From positions 1 through 64,000 of the IMG/VR virus record IMGVR_UViG_3300041583_000385: a DNA stretch of 64,000 nucleotides; one strand, 5' to 3'. A program made the translations under genes and the position numbers. Below the pieces are notes generated by a model. The model saw nothing but the letters and a program-made list of their open reading frames with translations, searched no databases and was not told the DNA's origin. Position 1 is the stretch's first letter; every line of letters begins with the position of its first letter. This DNA is from a virus. Below are positions 51,631-60,844 of the stretch, one piece after another.

Positions 51631-52706
51631 TATTTCTTTTTGTTCTTTTTGTTCTCTTCCCTACGTAGTCTAGAAATTTCTTTAACAAATTCCTTTACTT
51701 CTGCTTCATCACCAGCAGGTGGTAAGAAACCATATCCACGTAATCTACTATACCACTTAACTTGACCTATTGTAGTGCCGTTCTTAACTACGTTATAAAT
51801 ATCAGTCTTAGCACCTTTCTTCCTAGGTTGTTTGTTAAATTTTAATTTAGGTGTAGTTTTAGATTCTGAAATATTAAAACTCCTTTTTAATAGTGGAATA
51901 GACTTAAAATTATCCAAATTCTCACCTTTTAGATAGATTTTAATCTCAATACCAAGAACAAGATTATTACTATCTAATATATCAACGCTTACATCCCTTT
52001 CCCAGATACCAGTATTTTTACCAAAATATACAGTTTCATCCTTTTTACAATAACCTATTGAGAAATCATTATCATAACTATCTATTAATCTTAATGTATA
52101 ATCACTTATACTACTTGGTTTGAATTCTGAATCAGGTGGATATTTACTCTGATTAGCATTTTGTTTACTCTTAATAACTATATTTATATAATCACTTTTA
52201 CTAGATGATAACCATCTCTCTGGAGTATAGTCTATATTAACTACCCATTTATCATCTATTAAATCAAGTAATATATCATTTATTTTATCAATTTCAGTTA
52301 GTATCAAATCTTGGTCAGTCTTAGATTCTCCTATTATATGATCAACCGATTTGTAAACGGTTAATTGAAAAGCTTCCGATTCACTGTTAATATCACCATT
52401 AAAACTACTTAAAGATAATTTATTATCCTCATTATATAACATAAGTTTGTTTATATAACCAAGTGGTTTAGTATAATCTACTATTCTATCAAATATATCT
52501 TTTATACCAGCACTTTTATCAGAAAAGACAGATACCTTTATAACATCATCACACAACATATTATTAACTTTCGAACATTTAGTTATATTTATGTTAAACT
52601 TTAACCCATCATCCTTTAATTCTTGACAAATATCATTTAACTCTATATAGATTTTATCAAGAGGAGAATCACTTTCAAATACTTTATATTTCTTTAGATA
52701 TTTCAT
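51630..52706 (-). CDS. CTS-type putative internal head polyprotein
   Basis: MKYLKKYKVFES; LNDICQELKDDG, INDILLDLIDD; internal IIGES and NISES. Confidence 0.7.
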   Translation of the reverse strand: MKYLKKYKVFESDSPLDKIYIELNDICQELKDDGLKFNINITKCSKVNNMLCDDVIKVSVFSDKSAGIKDIFDRIVDYTKPLGYINKLMLYNEDNKLSLSSFNGDINSESEAFQLTVYKSVDHIIGESKTDQDLILTEIDKINDILLDLIDDKWVVNIDYTPERWLSSSKSDYINIVIKSKQNANQSKYPPDSEFKPSSISDYTLRLIDSYDNDFSIGYCKKDETVYFGKNTGIWERDVSVDILDSNNLVLGIEIKIYLKGENLDNFKSIPLLKRSFNISESKTTPKLKFNKQPRKKGAKTDIYNVVKNGTTIGQVKWYSRLRGYGFLPPAGDEAEVKEFVKEISRLRREENKKNKKK

Positions 52707-53035
52707 TCCCATGTCCAATCAATTTTATTATTAACTTTCAGATTTAAAAAGTTTATTGATTCATCAAATGTCAATTTTTGAACCTCTTCTCTAATATATC
52801 TACTTATTTCATTCATAACCCTATCATCATACACATCTTCATGACCAGGTCGTCTAATAGATCCCCAATTCATAAGTTTATACTTTTTATCCTTTAAACC
52901 AAATCCTATTTTCATGTCACCATAATTGGATGTGTGTATGTTTAAATAAATAGTAGGATCATAATCATCATAATCATCAAGCTCAACTTTTGGTGAACTT
53001 TCAAATATTTTGTATTTTCTTAGATATTTCATCAC
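52703..53035 (-). CDS. CTS-type small protein
   Basis: MKYLRKYKIFES. Confidence 0.65.
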   Translation of the reverse strand: MMKYLRKYKIFESSPKVELDDYDDYDPTIYLNIHTSNYGDMKIGFGLKDKKYKLMNWGSIRRPGHEDVYDDRVMNEISRYIREEVQKLTFDESINFLNLKVNNKIDWTWE

Positions 53036-53121
53036 TACTATATATAAAAAGAGAGATAATACTTTTCTGTAAATAATCCATGTTTTTTACAATACCACTT
53101 AAAAACCTTAATATATAAGTT

Positions 53122-53988
53122 ATGATATTTTATGTATATGTATATTTGAATAGATTAAAACCGGGTTTTTATGATTATGGATCTGGTTTAGTTTTTAATT
53201 ATGAACCATTCTATGTTGGTAAAGGAAAGCTAAATAGGTATCTATATCATCTAAATAAAGTTAGAAATAATTGCAAATACAATAAAAGTTTAAAATTTGA
53301 TATAATAGAGGAAAATATAAAAAATAACCTAGATCCACTCATTATAATTATTCATGATAAATTAATTGAAATTGACTCCTTAACAATGGAAAAGGAAATA
53401 ATAACTAAGATAGGTAGATTGGATTTAAAACTTGGACCACTTACAAATAGAAATGATGGTGGTTTAAAACCACAAGATAACTATAAACATAATAAGGAGT
53501 CAAAATTGAAAATATCCGAAGGTGGTAAAAAAAGAGATCCTGAAAAAAGGTATAAATTAATATCACCATCCGGGGAAATATTTGATAATATAAAATTGTT
53601 AAATTTCTGTAATGAGAATAATTTAGATTATCAAAAAATAAGAAAGTCCTCCAATAGGGGAATAATTAAAGAAATAAGGATAACATCTAAAAAACAATCA
53701 AAATTAAGTACACTAAATTGTGTTGGTTGGGAAGTTATAAATAAAAAATTAAGTAATTATAGTATTCGTGAAATAAAATATAAATTAATATCTCCTTTTG
53801 GTAAAGAGATATTAATTTATAAAGGAGATATTTTAAAGGATATATGTTTAGAATTAATATTAGATACTAGAACATTAAGATATTATAAAAATAAAGGTGT
53901 AATACATATTAAAAATAAAAATCAATCTAATAATGAATCAATCAATTGTGAAGGTTGGGAATTTATTGATCCTCAACATCATCTTTAA
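53122..53988 (+). CDS. GIY-YIG-like homing endonuclease
   Basis: FYVYVY...PFYVGKG..R..H, E...IGR..GPLTN; YKLISP repeats. Confidence 0.8.
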   Translation: MIFYVYVYLNRLKPGFYDYGSGLVFNYEPFYVGKGKLNRYLYHLNKVRNNCKYNKSLKFDIIEENIKNNLDPLIIIIHDKLIEIDSLTMEKEIITKIGRLDLKLGPLTNRNDGGLKPQDNYKHNKESKLKISEGGKKRDPEKRYKLISPSGEIFDNIKLLNFCNENNLDYQKIRKSSNRGIIKEIRITSKKQSKLSTLNCVGWEVINKKLSNYSIREIKYKLISPFGKEILIYKGDILKDICLELILDTRTLRYYKNKGVIHIKNKNQSNNESINCEGWEFIDPQHHL

Positions 53989-55222
53989 AAAAAAGAGATT
54001 TATCCTTTGACATTAACCAATCTCTAGCAATCATTAATTTCTTGGTTTTATCTAACAACCAACCTTTAGTGATATCATGAATATCTTTACCATTATCCAA
54101 TGCCATCACATAACTAAAGTTAGGATCTGTTTTAAGATACCTAAGAGCATATTTCTTTCTATCACTACCCATATTCAAAAATATTTTATATGAGTCTTTT
54201 ATCTCAGAAGATTTTTCATTTAATGAATTCTTCACAATTGATATTATTTTATTAATTCTTTCATGTGTCTCAAACTCTTCCTCTGGTATTTGACCAAGTA
54301 CATCATCTATTTTATCATCCAATATTGTGGAGATAATAACATTTTCCTTATATATATCATCTGTTAGTAATCCATGAAGAGCTGTATACCAAGGAGTTTT
54401 TAGTTTGAAGAAGAAATCTCTACCTTCACTATCCTCAGCTTGTACAATACAACCTTCTTTATCAATTTGAGTCGCAACTAATTCAACCAAACTATTCAAA
54501 TCACCTTGGTGATCATCTTCAAATGGTGCAATCTTAATTGAACCAATTTTATCTAAATGGTCTTGTATATCAATATGTTTACCAGTCTTATTATTTCTTA
54601 ATCTAAGAAGTATTAAATCTTCATCAGAATATCTTAATACAATTCTGTTATGAGTGGCAACATATTCAAATATTGGAATGATATCATTATCTAAACACCA
54701 GTTAACTAAAGCTTTTACCTCAGTGTTCTTAGAATATATTCTATTGATACCATTAGCTTGATCATTATCAAATCCCATTTTAGATTTACCAACAATTTTA
54801 CCATTTGGTAATTTTACGAATGTAGCTATTGATCCATCTTCCTTATTATTAACATACTTTATTTTGTAATTCTTAATAACAGAATACATTGATTCTGGAA
54901 CTTGGTTTATATTAAAGAACTTTTCAAGTAATACATATCTATTGAATAATGTTCCATCTTCATTAAATATGAAAGTTAATCCTCTCATTTCATAACCTTT
55001 TAATTCAGGTTTATGATCAAGTGGGTTAGCAAAATCTTTATATTGAGCAAGTCTGTAATTAAATACGGACACATTGAATCCATCAACTATCATCTTAGAT
55101 TCATAAAAAGGATCATCATCTTTTGAGCATAACTCAACCGCTTCTTCATAAGAAGGTATTGAATAACCCTTATACTCTGAGCTTTCGTTTATAAATTCAA
55201 GATACTTAACTAATTTCTTCAT
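53963..55222 (-). CDS. RNA ligase 1 (T4 Rnl1-like), CTS-like N-terminus
   Basis: EMRGL, EKFFNI, KEDGS, FEY...NRIV, EGCIV, FKLKTPWY; MKKLVKYLEFINES. Confidence 0.88.
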   Translation of the reverse strand: MKKLVKYLEFINESSEYKGYSIPSYEEAVELCSKDDDPFYESKMIVDGFNVSVFNYRLAQYKDFANPLDHKPELKGYEMRGLTFIFNEDGTLFNRYVLLEKFFNINQVPESMYSVIKNYKIKYVNNKEDGSIATFVKLPNGKIVGKSKMGFDNDQANGINRIYSKNTEVKALVNWCLDNDIIPIFEYVATHNRIVLRYSDEDLILLRLRNNKTGKHIDIQDHLDKIGSIKIAPFEDDHQGDLNSLVELVATQIDKEGCIVQAEDSEGRDFFFKLKTPWYTALHGLLTDDIYKENVIISTILDDKIDDVLGQIPEEEFETHERINKIISIVKNSLNEKSSEIKDSYKIFLNMGSDRKKYALRYLKTDPNFSYVMALDNGKDIHDITKGWLLDKTKKLMIARDWLMSKDKSLFFKDDVEDQ

Positions 55223-55257
55223 TTTTTATATATTAAAAAACCAGATAATTAATCTGG

Positions 55258-55485
55258 TTAATAATCTAATTTTAATTCTGGTAGAGGTACTTCACTTGTC
55301 AATATCTGACCCATTCCAAAATTCTGTTTTAATAGAGCTCCTTTCTTGGTTATATTAACAATAAAGTATGTACTTCTATGTTCTTCTGACCAACACCACC
55401 TAACGATGTCTCCTATTTTATAATCTATACTATCTTCTTCGATTTCTTCTTTATGACTTGTCACTTTCATTTCTAATACACCCAT
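55258..55485 (-). CDS. Hypothetical protein
   Basis: 75 aa, YKIGDIV. Confidence 0.55.
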   Translation of the reverse strand: MGVLEMKVTSHKEEIEEDSIDYKIGDIVRWCWSEEHRSTYFIVNITKKGALLKQNFGMGQILTSEVPLPELKLDY

Positions 55486-56034
55486 TTATTTAATAATACT
55501 TTTTATTAATTCATGGTAAACTTCATCTACTGTACCTTCACCATCAATTTCAATTATTCTTTTTTTGTAGAAATTTTTCAATGGTGCAGAGTCTTCGTTA
55601 TAATTTTTTATTCTTTTCTTTATAACATCTACACTAGAATCATCAGGTCTATTTGATGTCTCACCTCTTTTTAAATTTCTTTTAATCGTTGTTTCTTCAC
55701 TAACATTTATCCAAATGACTTTTTTGATATTTAACATTCTATCTAAACTAAGTCCTTGATTGTTTGTTCTTGGATAACCATCTATAAGATAAAATGTACC
55801 ATGTTTAATTGGTTTCTTTAATTCATTGAGAATAATTTTTGTTATCATTCCATCCGGAACTAAATTACCATCATCTATAATAGAAGCAATTTCTTTACCC
55901 AATTCACTACCAGATGCTTTCTCTTCTCTTAATAAGTCACCAGCACTAATTAATTTATAATTGTACTCATTTATAATCTTATTACAGATTGTTCCCTTTC
56001 CAGATCCAGGAGGTCCCACTATCACTAAATTCAT
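55486..56034 (-). CDS. adk: Adenylate kinase
   Basis: GPPGSGKGT, SAGDLLR, GNLVPD, LIDGYPR, RPDD. Confidence 0.92.
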   Translation of the reverse strand: MNLVIVGPPGSGKGTICNKIINEYNYKLISAGDLLREEKASGSELGKEIASIIDDGNLVPDGMITKIILNELKKPIKHGTFYLIDGYPRTNNQGLSLDRMLNIKKVIWINVSEETTIKRNLKRGETSNRPDDSSVDVIKKRIKNYNEDSAPLKNFYKKRIIEIDGEGTVDEVYHELIKSIIK

Positions 56035-56397
56035 ATTCCTATATCATTTAATTTTTCATTCCTTCTTTTAGAAATATACATTGGATAAGTTTTGACTTTT
56101 TTAACAAAAGTTGGATAAAAATCAGTTACGGTTAAAACTTCTTTGTTTTTGGAATCAGCAAAATACTCTGCTGATTCCCAATCTTCATCCCTCAATTTCC
56201 TAGATTTTGGCTTATAATATATATTATATTAAATAGGATCTAGGAAATTGAGTGAGCACATAGCCTATAAAATTTAGATGTTGGTTTTTGAACCATTATA
56301 TAATCTACCATTTCACATAACATTGGGTATAATTTTATCATACCCGCGGGTTTAAACCCATAACTATTTATAAAATCTTTTATCTCTTCCTCATTCA
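56031..56397 (-). pseudogene. Gene interrupted by an inverted duplication; 3' part ends in the tag
   Basis: MNEEEIKDF...HSIS* then ...MYISKRRNEKLNDIGI*; 15-bp inverted repeat at the break. Confidence 0.5.
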
Positions 56398-56808
56398 TTA
56401 AACTAACTTTTCTAAATTAGCATTTCTATTAACAATCTTATCACCACCCATTAGTCTTTTAACTACTTCAACAGTGAATTTATATGATTTACCTGCTTTG
56501 TTTTTAGCAATCACAGGATATTTTCTATTTCTTGTTTTAATCTCAGTTACTTCAAAAGTAATACCACCTTGGTCAAAAGACATACCAACGATATCTTGTG
56601 TAAATCCAATTCTTCTACAAACTGATTCATATACACCTTTAACAACATCATTCTTCACATTGGTTGATACCTTTAATTTAGTTGTGTAATATGCACTATT
56701 GAATGAAGCACCACCCAAAGATATTGTAACATTTTCTTCTGCTTCAATTTCTTTTAATGCTTTTTGAATTTTTGCTTGTATTGATCTTACTCTTGCTCTA
56801 TCTATCAT
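56398..56808 (-). CDS. Hypothetical protein, C-terminal tag
   Basis: RNRKYPV motif; ends NRNANLEKLV. Confidence 0.7.
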   Translation of the reverse strand: MIDRARVRSIQAKIQKALKEIEAEENVTISLGGASFNSAYYTTKLKVSTNVKNDVVKGVYESVCRRIGFTQDIVGMSFDQGGITFEVTEIKTRNRKYPVIAKNKAGKSYKFTVEVVKRLMGGDKIVNRNANLEKLV

Positions 56809-56868
56809 CTTTGTCTTTTTAGTGGTTAATAATTATAAAATATAAGGAATTTATTTAATATATACCTT

Positions 56869-57045
56869 ATGTATCACTTAAAATCATTCAAAATATTTGA
56901 ATCAAATGATAATTTAAATAATAAAGTTAATAACGAATTAATTCAAAATTTAAAAGATATATCACTTGACTTATTGGATAATCATACAAACTTACTAAGT
57001 AGAATTAAACAAATGTATCCAACTTATAAAATCAATTTAACATAA
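56869..57045 (+). CDS. Short CTS-type protein (probably internally deleted)
   Basis: MYHLKSFKIFES ... LKDISLDLLD; TAATATATA upstream; not in the ORF track. Confidence 0.55.
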   Translation: MYHLKSFKIFESNDNLNNKVNNELIQNLKDISLDLLDNHTNLLSRIKQMYPTYKINLT

Positions 57046-57225
57046 CACAGTCTTTGCCGCTTGGTATTGTTTCTCACTCAAAACTTTAAGATTTTTCTTA
57101 CCAACTAAAACCTTTTCTAAAGATTTTGATGTTTTAAGACTTCTTTGTAAAGAAAGTATAAAAGAGTTTTCACCATCATACTTTCTTATAAGTTTATTCA
57201 ATTCTAATTTTTCTTCTAATTCCAT
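57037..57225 (-). CDS. Small protein with LSEKQ motif
   Basis: YDGENSFILSLQ...LSEKQ. Confidence 0.55.
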   Translation of the reverse strand: MELEEKLELNKLIRKYDGENSFILSLQRSLKTSKSLEKVLVGKKNLKVLSEKQYQAAKTVLC

Positions 57226-57278
57226 TTGTTATATTTTTTTAAATTATCTTCTTTCCATAATGGTCTGAGGTTAAAGAA

Positions 57279-57920
57279 CTATTTAACACTAGCCTTTCGC
57301 CACCGTCTAGACCAATGTTCATCTGTTTGAACATGATTTGCTCGTACCCATTTAGATACATTCTCAGCAAAATCATCGTTGTGAAACATACCAGCGCTTC
57401 TAACTACAATTCCTTCTCTCTCACCACCTAATTCTGATTTCTCAGAAACTAAACTATCAACCAATTCTTTTAATTCTTTCTCTGAATTAACAATACCTTT
57501 GAATAAAACTGGTACTGTTGGTATATCTAATAGATAAGAATATTCTTCCACTGATTTCCATGGTACCCAAATATTATTATCTCTAACACCAAATATATAA
57601 AAGTATGATTTTAGATTAGTATATTCAATTGAGTGTATTCCTTCTAAGTTTTCACCAAAAAGAAATTCATCTGGTGATAGATTTCCTCTTACTTTAACAT
57701 CATGTAACTGTCTAACCTCTCTACTCCAAGGTGATGTAGTGTATGTTGCATGACTTCTAGCATAAACACCATCATTAGTCATTCCAGTATTTTCACCATC
57801 TAACTTTTCAGTAATAACAATCTGCTTACCTATTAACAAGGTAATGTCATTAGATATCTTATCATCACTTGTTGTACCAGGTGACCAGGGTAAATGATAT
57901 GTTCTTTGGTATTTTGACAT
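57279..57920 (-). CDS. RNA ligase family protein (Rnl2-like)
   Basis: KYQRTYHLPWSPG, TEKLDGEN, FGE, EGIVVR, KWVR. Confidence 0.85.
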   Translation of the reverse strand: MSKYQRTYHLPWSPGTTSDDKISNDITLLIGKQIVITEKLDGENTGMTNDGVYARSHATYTTSPWSREVRQLHDVKVRGNLSPDEFLFGENLEGIHSIEYTNLKSYFYIFGVRDNNIWVPWKSVEEYSYLLDIPTVPVLFKGIVNSEKELKELVDSLVSEKSELGGEREGIVVRSAGMFHNDDFAENVSKWVRANHVQTDEHWSRRWRKASVK

Positions 57921-57931
57921 AGATTTATATA

Positions 57932-58918
57932 TTAAGTACAAATATAACATGAAATTAACCATTCAACAAATTTATCAAAGGATTTTTTACCACCAAAGAA
58001 TCTAATAGGTTTAAAATGTTGTATTCCATCAAATTCTATGCAGATATTTTCATCAACCAAATAAAAATCAAATTTTAATTTATTTTTGAATTTACAATCA
58101 TCAAATGTTTTTTGTGTTTGGTGATTTATATTATTTTTTATTAGTATATACTCAATGTAATTTTCAAATTTACTTTTATTACAAACACTACAACCACATC
58201 CGGAAAAATGATCACTTATTACTTGTGTAAATATACGACCACACTTTTTGTGCTTTATTTCAATTTTTGAAAAAGCACCACTCAATTCTGATAATATAAT
58301 ATATTCATTGTTATGAATTTTATCAGATTTTTCTTGAACCATTTCCTTTGTTAATGGTGCGTTACCAGCACATTTTGGACACCCATGTCCAATTAGATGA
58401 GATGATACCAATTGGATATACTCATACCCACACTTTTTGTGCTTTATAAATGACTTCTCTGTATATTTAATATTATTAGATAATATCTCATATTCACTAT
58501 CCCAATATTCATTAGACCTATTTATTATATCAACACTTGATAACTTTTTATTACCATAACATTTAAAACACCTATCACCTCTTAAATGTCTATTTCCTAT
58601 TTGTGTAAATATTTCACCACAAACCTTATGCTCTATTTTAACTGGATAATTACCATTTTTAAATTCCAATATCACATATTCACTATTATGAATTTCATCA
58701 GACTTTTTTTGAAACATTTCTTTTGTTCTCCATACACCATCACAGATAGGACACCTATTTCTATTCAATAAGTGTGATAGTCTAGTTTCGAATATATGAC
58801 CACATGAATGTTTAAATTTTGATTTCTTATCTCCTTTTTTGAAATCTAATATTTTGAAATCTAATCCTGAGTTATCTATTCTATTTTGGTAGTCTTTTAA
58901 TGTTAATGTATTACCCAT
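57932..58918 (-). CDS. Homing endonuclease-like protein (repeated H..CG..F...H..G.GCP.C units + Vsr-like domain), C-terminus truncated
   Basis: Four zinc-ribbon repeats; FDFYL..IEFDGIQH then abrupt end. Confidence 0.75.
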   Translation of the reverse strand: MGNTLTLKDYQNRIDNSGLDFKILDFKKGDKKSKFKHSCGHIFETRLSHLLNRNRCPICDGVWRTKEMFQKKSDEIHNSEYVILEFKNGNYPVKIEHKVCGEIFTQIGNRHLRGDRCFKCYGNKKLSSVDIINRSNEYWDSEYEILSNNIKYTEKSFIKHKKCGYEYIQLVSSHLIGHGCPKCAGNAPLTKEMVQEKSDKIHNNEYIILSELSGAFSKIEIKHKKCGRIFTQVISDHFSGCGCSVCNKSKFENYIEYILIKNNINHQTQKTFDDCKFKNKLKFDFYLVDENICIEFDGIQHFKPIRFFGGKKSFDKFVEWLISCYICT

Positions 58919-58966
58919 AAACTTTATTTTATTTTTTACCTATAAACAATAAATTATATATTAAAT

Positions 58967-59452
58967 ATGAAAATTACTTTATGCGCAGAAGACCTAATAC
59001 GTAGGTGTGTATGGGACTCATATGTTTATTACATATTAGGATCAGACAAGGAAGGTCAAAAAATCTTAGCAGAAAACGAAGAGATGGAAATATCTGAACG
59101 TGATGCTTTAGTCATTGGTTTGTTAAAAGTTATCGAAACTGATAACCTTATACACAAATTCAATACTCATGTAGCTGAGTTTTTAGCAAACAAAACAAAA
59201 AAGGAAGGTACTTTACTATTAACTAGTAGAAGGGCTTTTGATAATACTGTTGATAAGTTCTTAGATAAATTTCCTGATTATTGGGAACCATCTGCTAACT
59301 GGACAAGTTCGTTAAAAGATTTAGTTGACTATATAGAAATATTCAAAACAAAATTAGAAGGATTGGAAATACATAAGATAGTTGATAAGAATATAACTTA
59401 TGAATTATATAATTCTAATCATATTAGAAAAATGCTTAAATTTAATTACTAA
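58967..59452 (+). CDS. Hypothetical protein
   Basis: 161 aa. Confidence 0.7.
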   Translation: MKITLCAEDLIRRCVWDSYVYYILGSDKEGQKILAENEEMEISERDALVIGLLKVIETDNLIHKFNTHVAEFLANKTKKEGTLLLTSRRAFDNTVDKFLDKFPDYWEPSANWTSSLKDLVDYIEIFKTKLEGLEIHKIVDKNITYELYNSNHIRKMLKFNY

Positions 59453-59455
59453 AAA

Positions 59456-59992
59456 ATGAAAGAAACAATTTCAAAGACTGTTGAATTTTTAAGAGACAAG
59501 AAATTATTAGATGTTGATAAAGATTCATTCAAAATAATTCATGATGAAGCTGGAGAGGTATCACTAAATGAACTATTAGAAGAATTTGCTGGTATGTGTG
59601 GTCAAAACGGAGCTGACTCACACATGAGATTAGCCGCTGAATTCGATAACTATAAAAAGAGAACTTCAAAAGAGAAACAAGACTTAGTAAACTCTACAAA
59701 GGTTAAAATGCTTAGTTCCATACTTGATATGGATAGTGATATATCACTTGCATTAAAATCTATAACAAATGAGGAAGCTAAAGAAGGAGTTTCACTTATA
59801 GCCTCTAAGGTAGATAGTTTTTTAAAATCACAAGGTATTGAATCAATACAAACAGATACTTATGATAGTGAAATTCATGAACCAATAAGTGTTGTTGACA
59901 TAGGTGAGTCTAAGATAGTTGATGTTATTAGTAAAGGATATACATTAAACGGTAAACCATTTAGATATCCTAAAATTATTTTAGGAAAATAA
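59456..59992 (+). CDS. grpE: Nucleotide exchange factor GrpE
   Basis: RLAAEFDNYKKR, YDSEIHE, KGYTLNG..R. Confidence 0.88.
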   Translation: MKETISKTVEFLRDKKLLDVDKDSFKIIHDEAGEVSLNELLEEFAGMCGQNGADSHMRLAAEFDNYKKRTSKEKQDLVNSTKVKMLSSILDMDSDISLALKSITNEEAKEGVSLIASKVDSFLKSQGIESIQTDTYDSEIHEPISVVDIGESKIVDVISKGYTLNGKPFRYPKIILGK

Positions 59993-60531
59993 TGTCTGAT
60001 AATAAAGTTACATTATTTGATATTAAATCTAACCTACAATATAGACAATATATAGTTTCAGAACTATCTAGTCGAGTTGATGATAAGTTGAAAACAGAAT
60101 TTATTAAGGTCATCAATCATGTTATTGATGACCCTAGTATATTTGATAGAGAAGATTTAGAAGGTAGTTTTTATGAGGGTGAAGATGATACACATGATTT
60201 AGTTTTACCAGCGGTTGCTAGGGTTTTGAACCAAGTATTTATAAAACCACCACCAATCTTCCAGGGGAAATATGATGAAGGTACTCGATTAGAATTATTT
60301 CAAACTATGTTTGATATTGATGAATTTAATGAATACTTAGTTAATATGTTGATAGAATCAAAGGGATCTTTGAGTAAATTCACAAATATTGATAGAACTG
60401 CTGAAACTTTATCACTAATAGTTGATAACTATATTGCTAAGTTAGTCACTGCTGTTTTGGAATCATATGATATAGATAATGACTTAATAAGACTTAAAAG
60501 AGAAAGAAAACTTAAATATTTAACAAAATGA
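59992..60531 (+). CDS. Hypothetical protein, C-terminal tag
   Basis: LVLPAVARVL; ends [11 protein letters not shown]. Confidence 0.65.
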   Translation: MSDNKVTLFDIKSNLQYRQYIVSELSSRVDDKLKTEFIKVINHVIDDPSIFDREDLEGSFYEGEDDTHDLVLPAVARVLNQVFIKPPPIFQGKYDEGTRLELFQTMFDIDEFNEYLVNMLIESKGSLSKFTNIDRTAETLSLIVDNYIAKLVTAVLESYDIDNDLIRLKRERKLKYLTK

Positions 60532-60842
60532 GGGTAGATTGGTATATTGATATTTCTGAACACATGAAAACAAAAAAAATGGCAGATCAAGTTATAAAGA
60601 CAGTGACTCCGTTGATGGATTATTTTTGTGAAAGGTTATCAGATCAAATAATGACTATTGAGAACATAGAAAAAACTTTTTCTGAGATTATAGAAGAAAT
60701 GCCTGTGATGAACCATAGGATAGTAGAAGTTAATGGTGAGAGGGAGTTTGTAATATATTATAATAGATGGGTTCGTATAAAATTGACGGACAGCACCAAA
60801 CAAATATATAGAGAAATAAAATTAACAAAGATATTATCATAG
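60528..60842 (+). CDS. Hypothetical protein, C-terminal tag
   Basis: Ends [11 protein letters not shown]. Confidence 0.65.
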   Translation: MRVDWYIDISEHMKTKKMADQVIKTVTPLMDYFCERLSDQIMTIENIEKTFSEIIEEMPVMNHRIVEVNGEREFVIYYNRWVRIKLTDSTKQIYREIKLTKILS

Positions 60843-60844
60843 TT

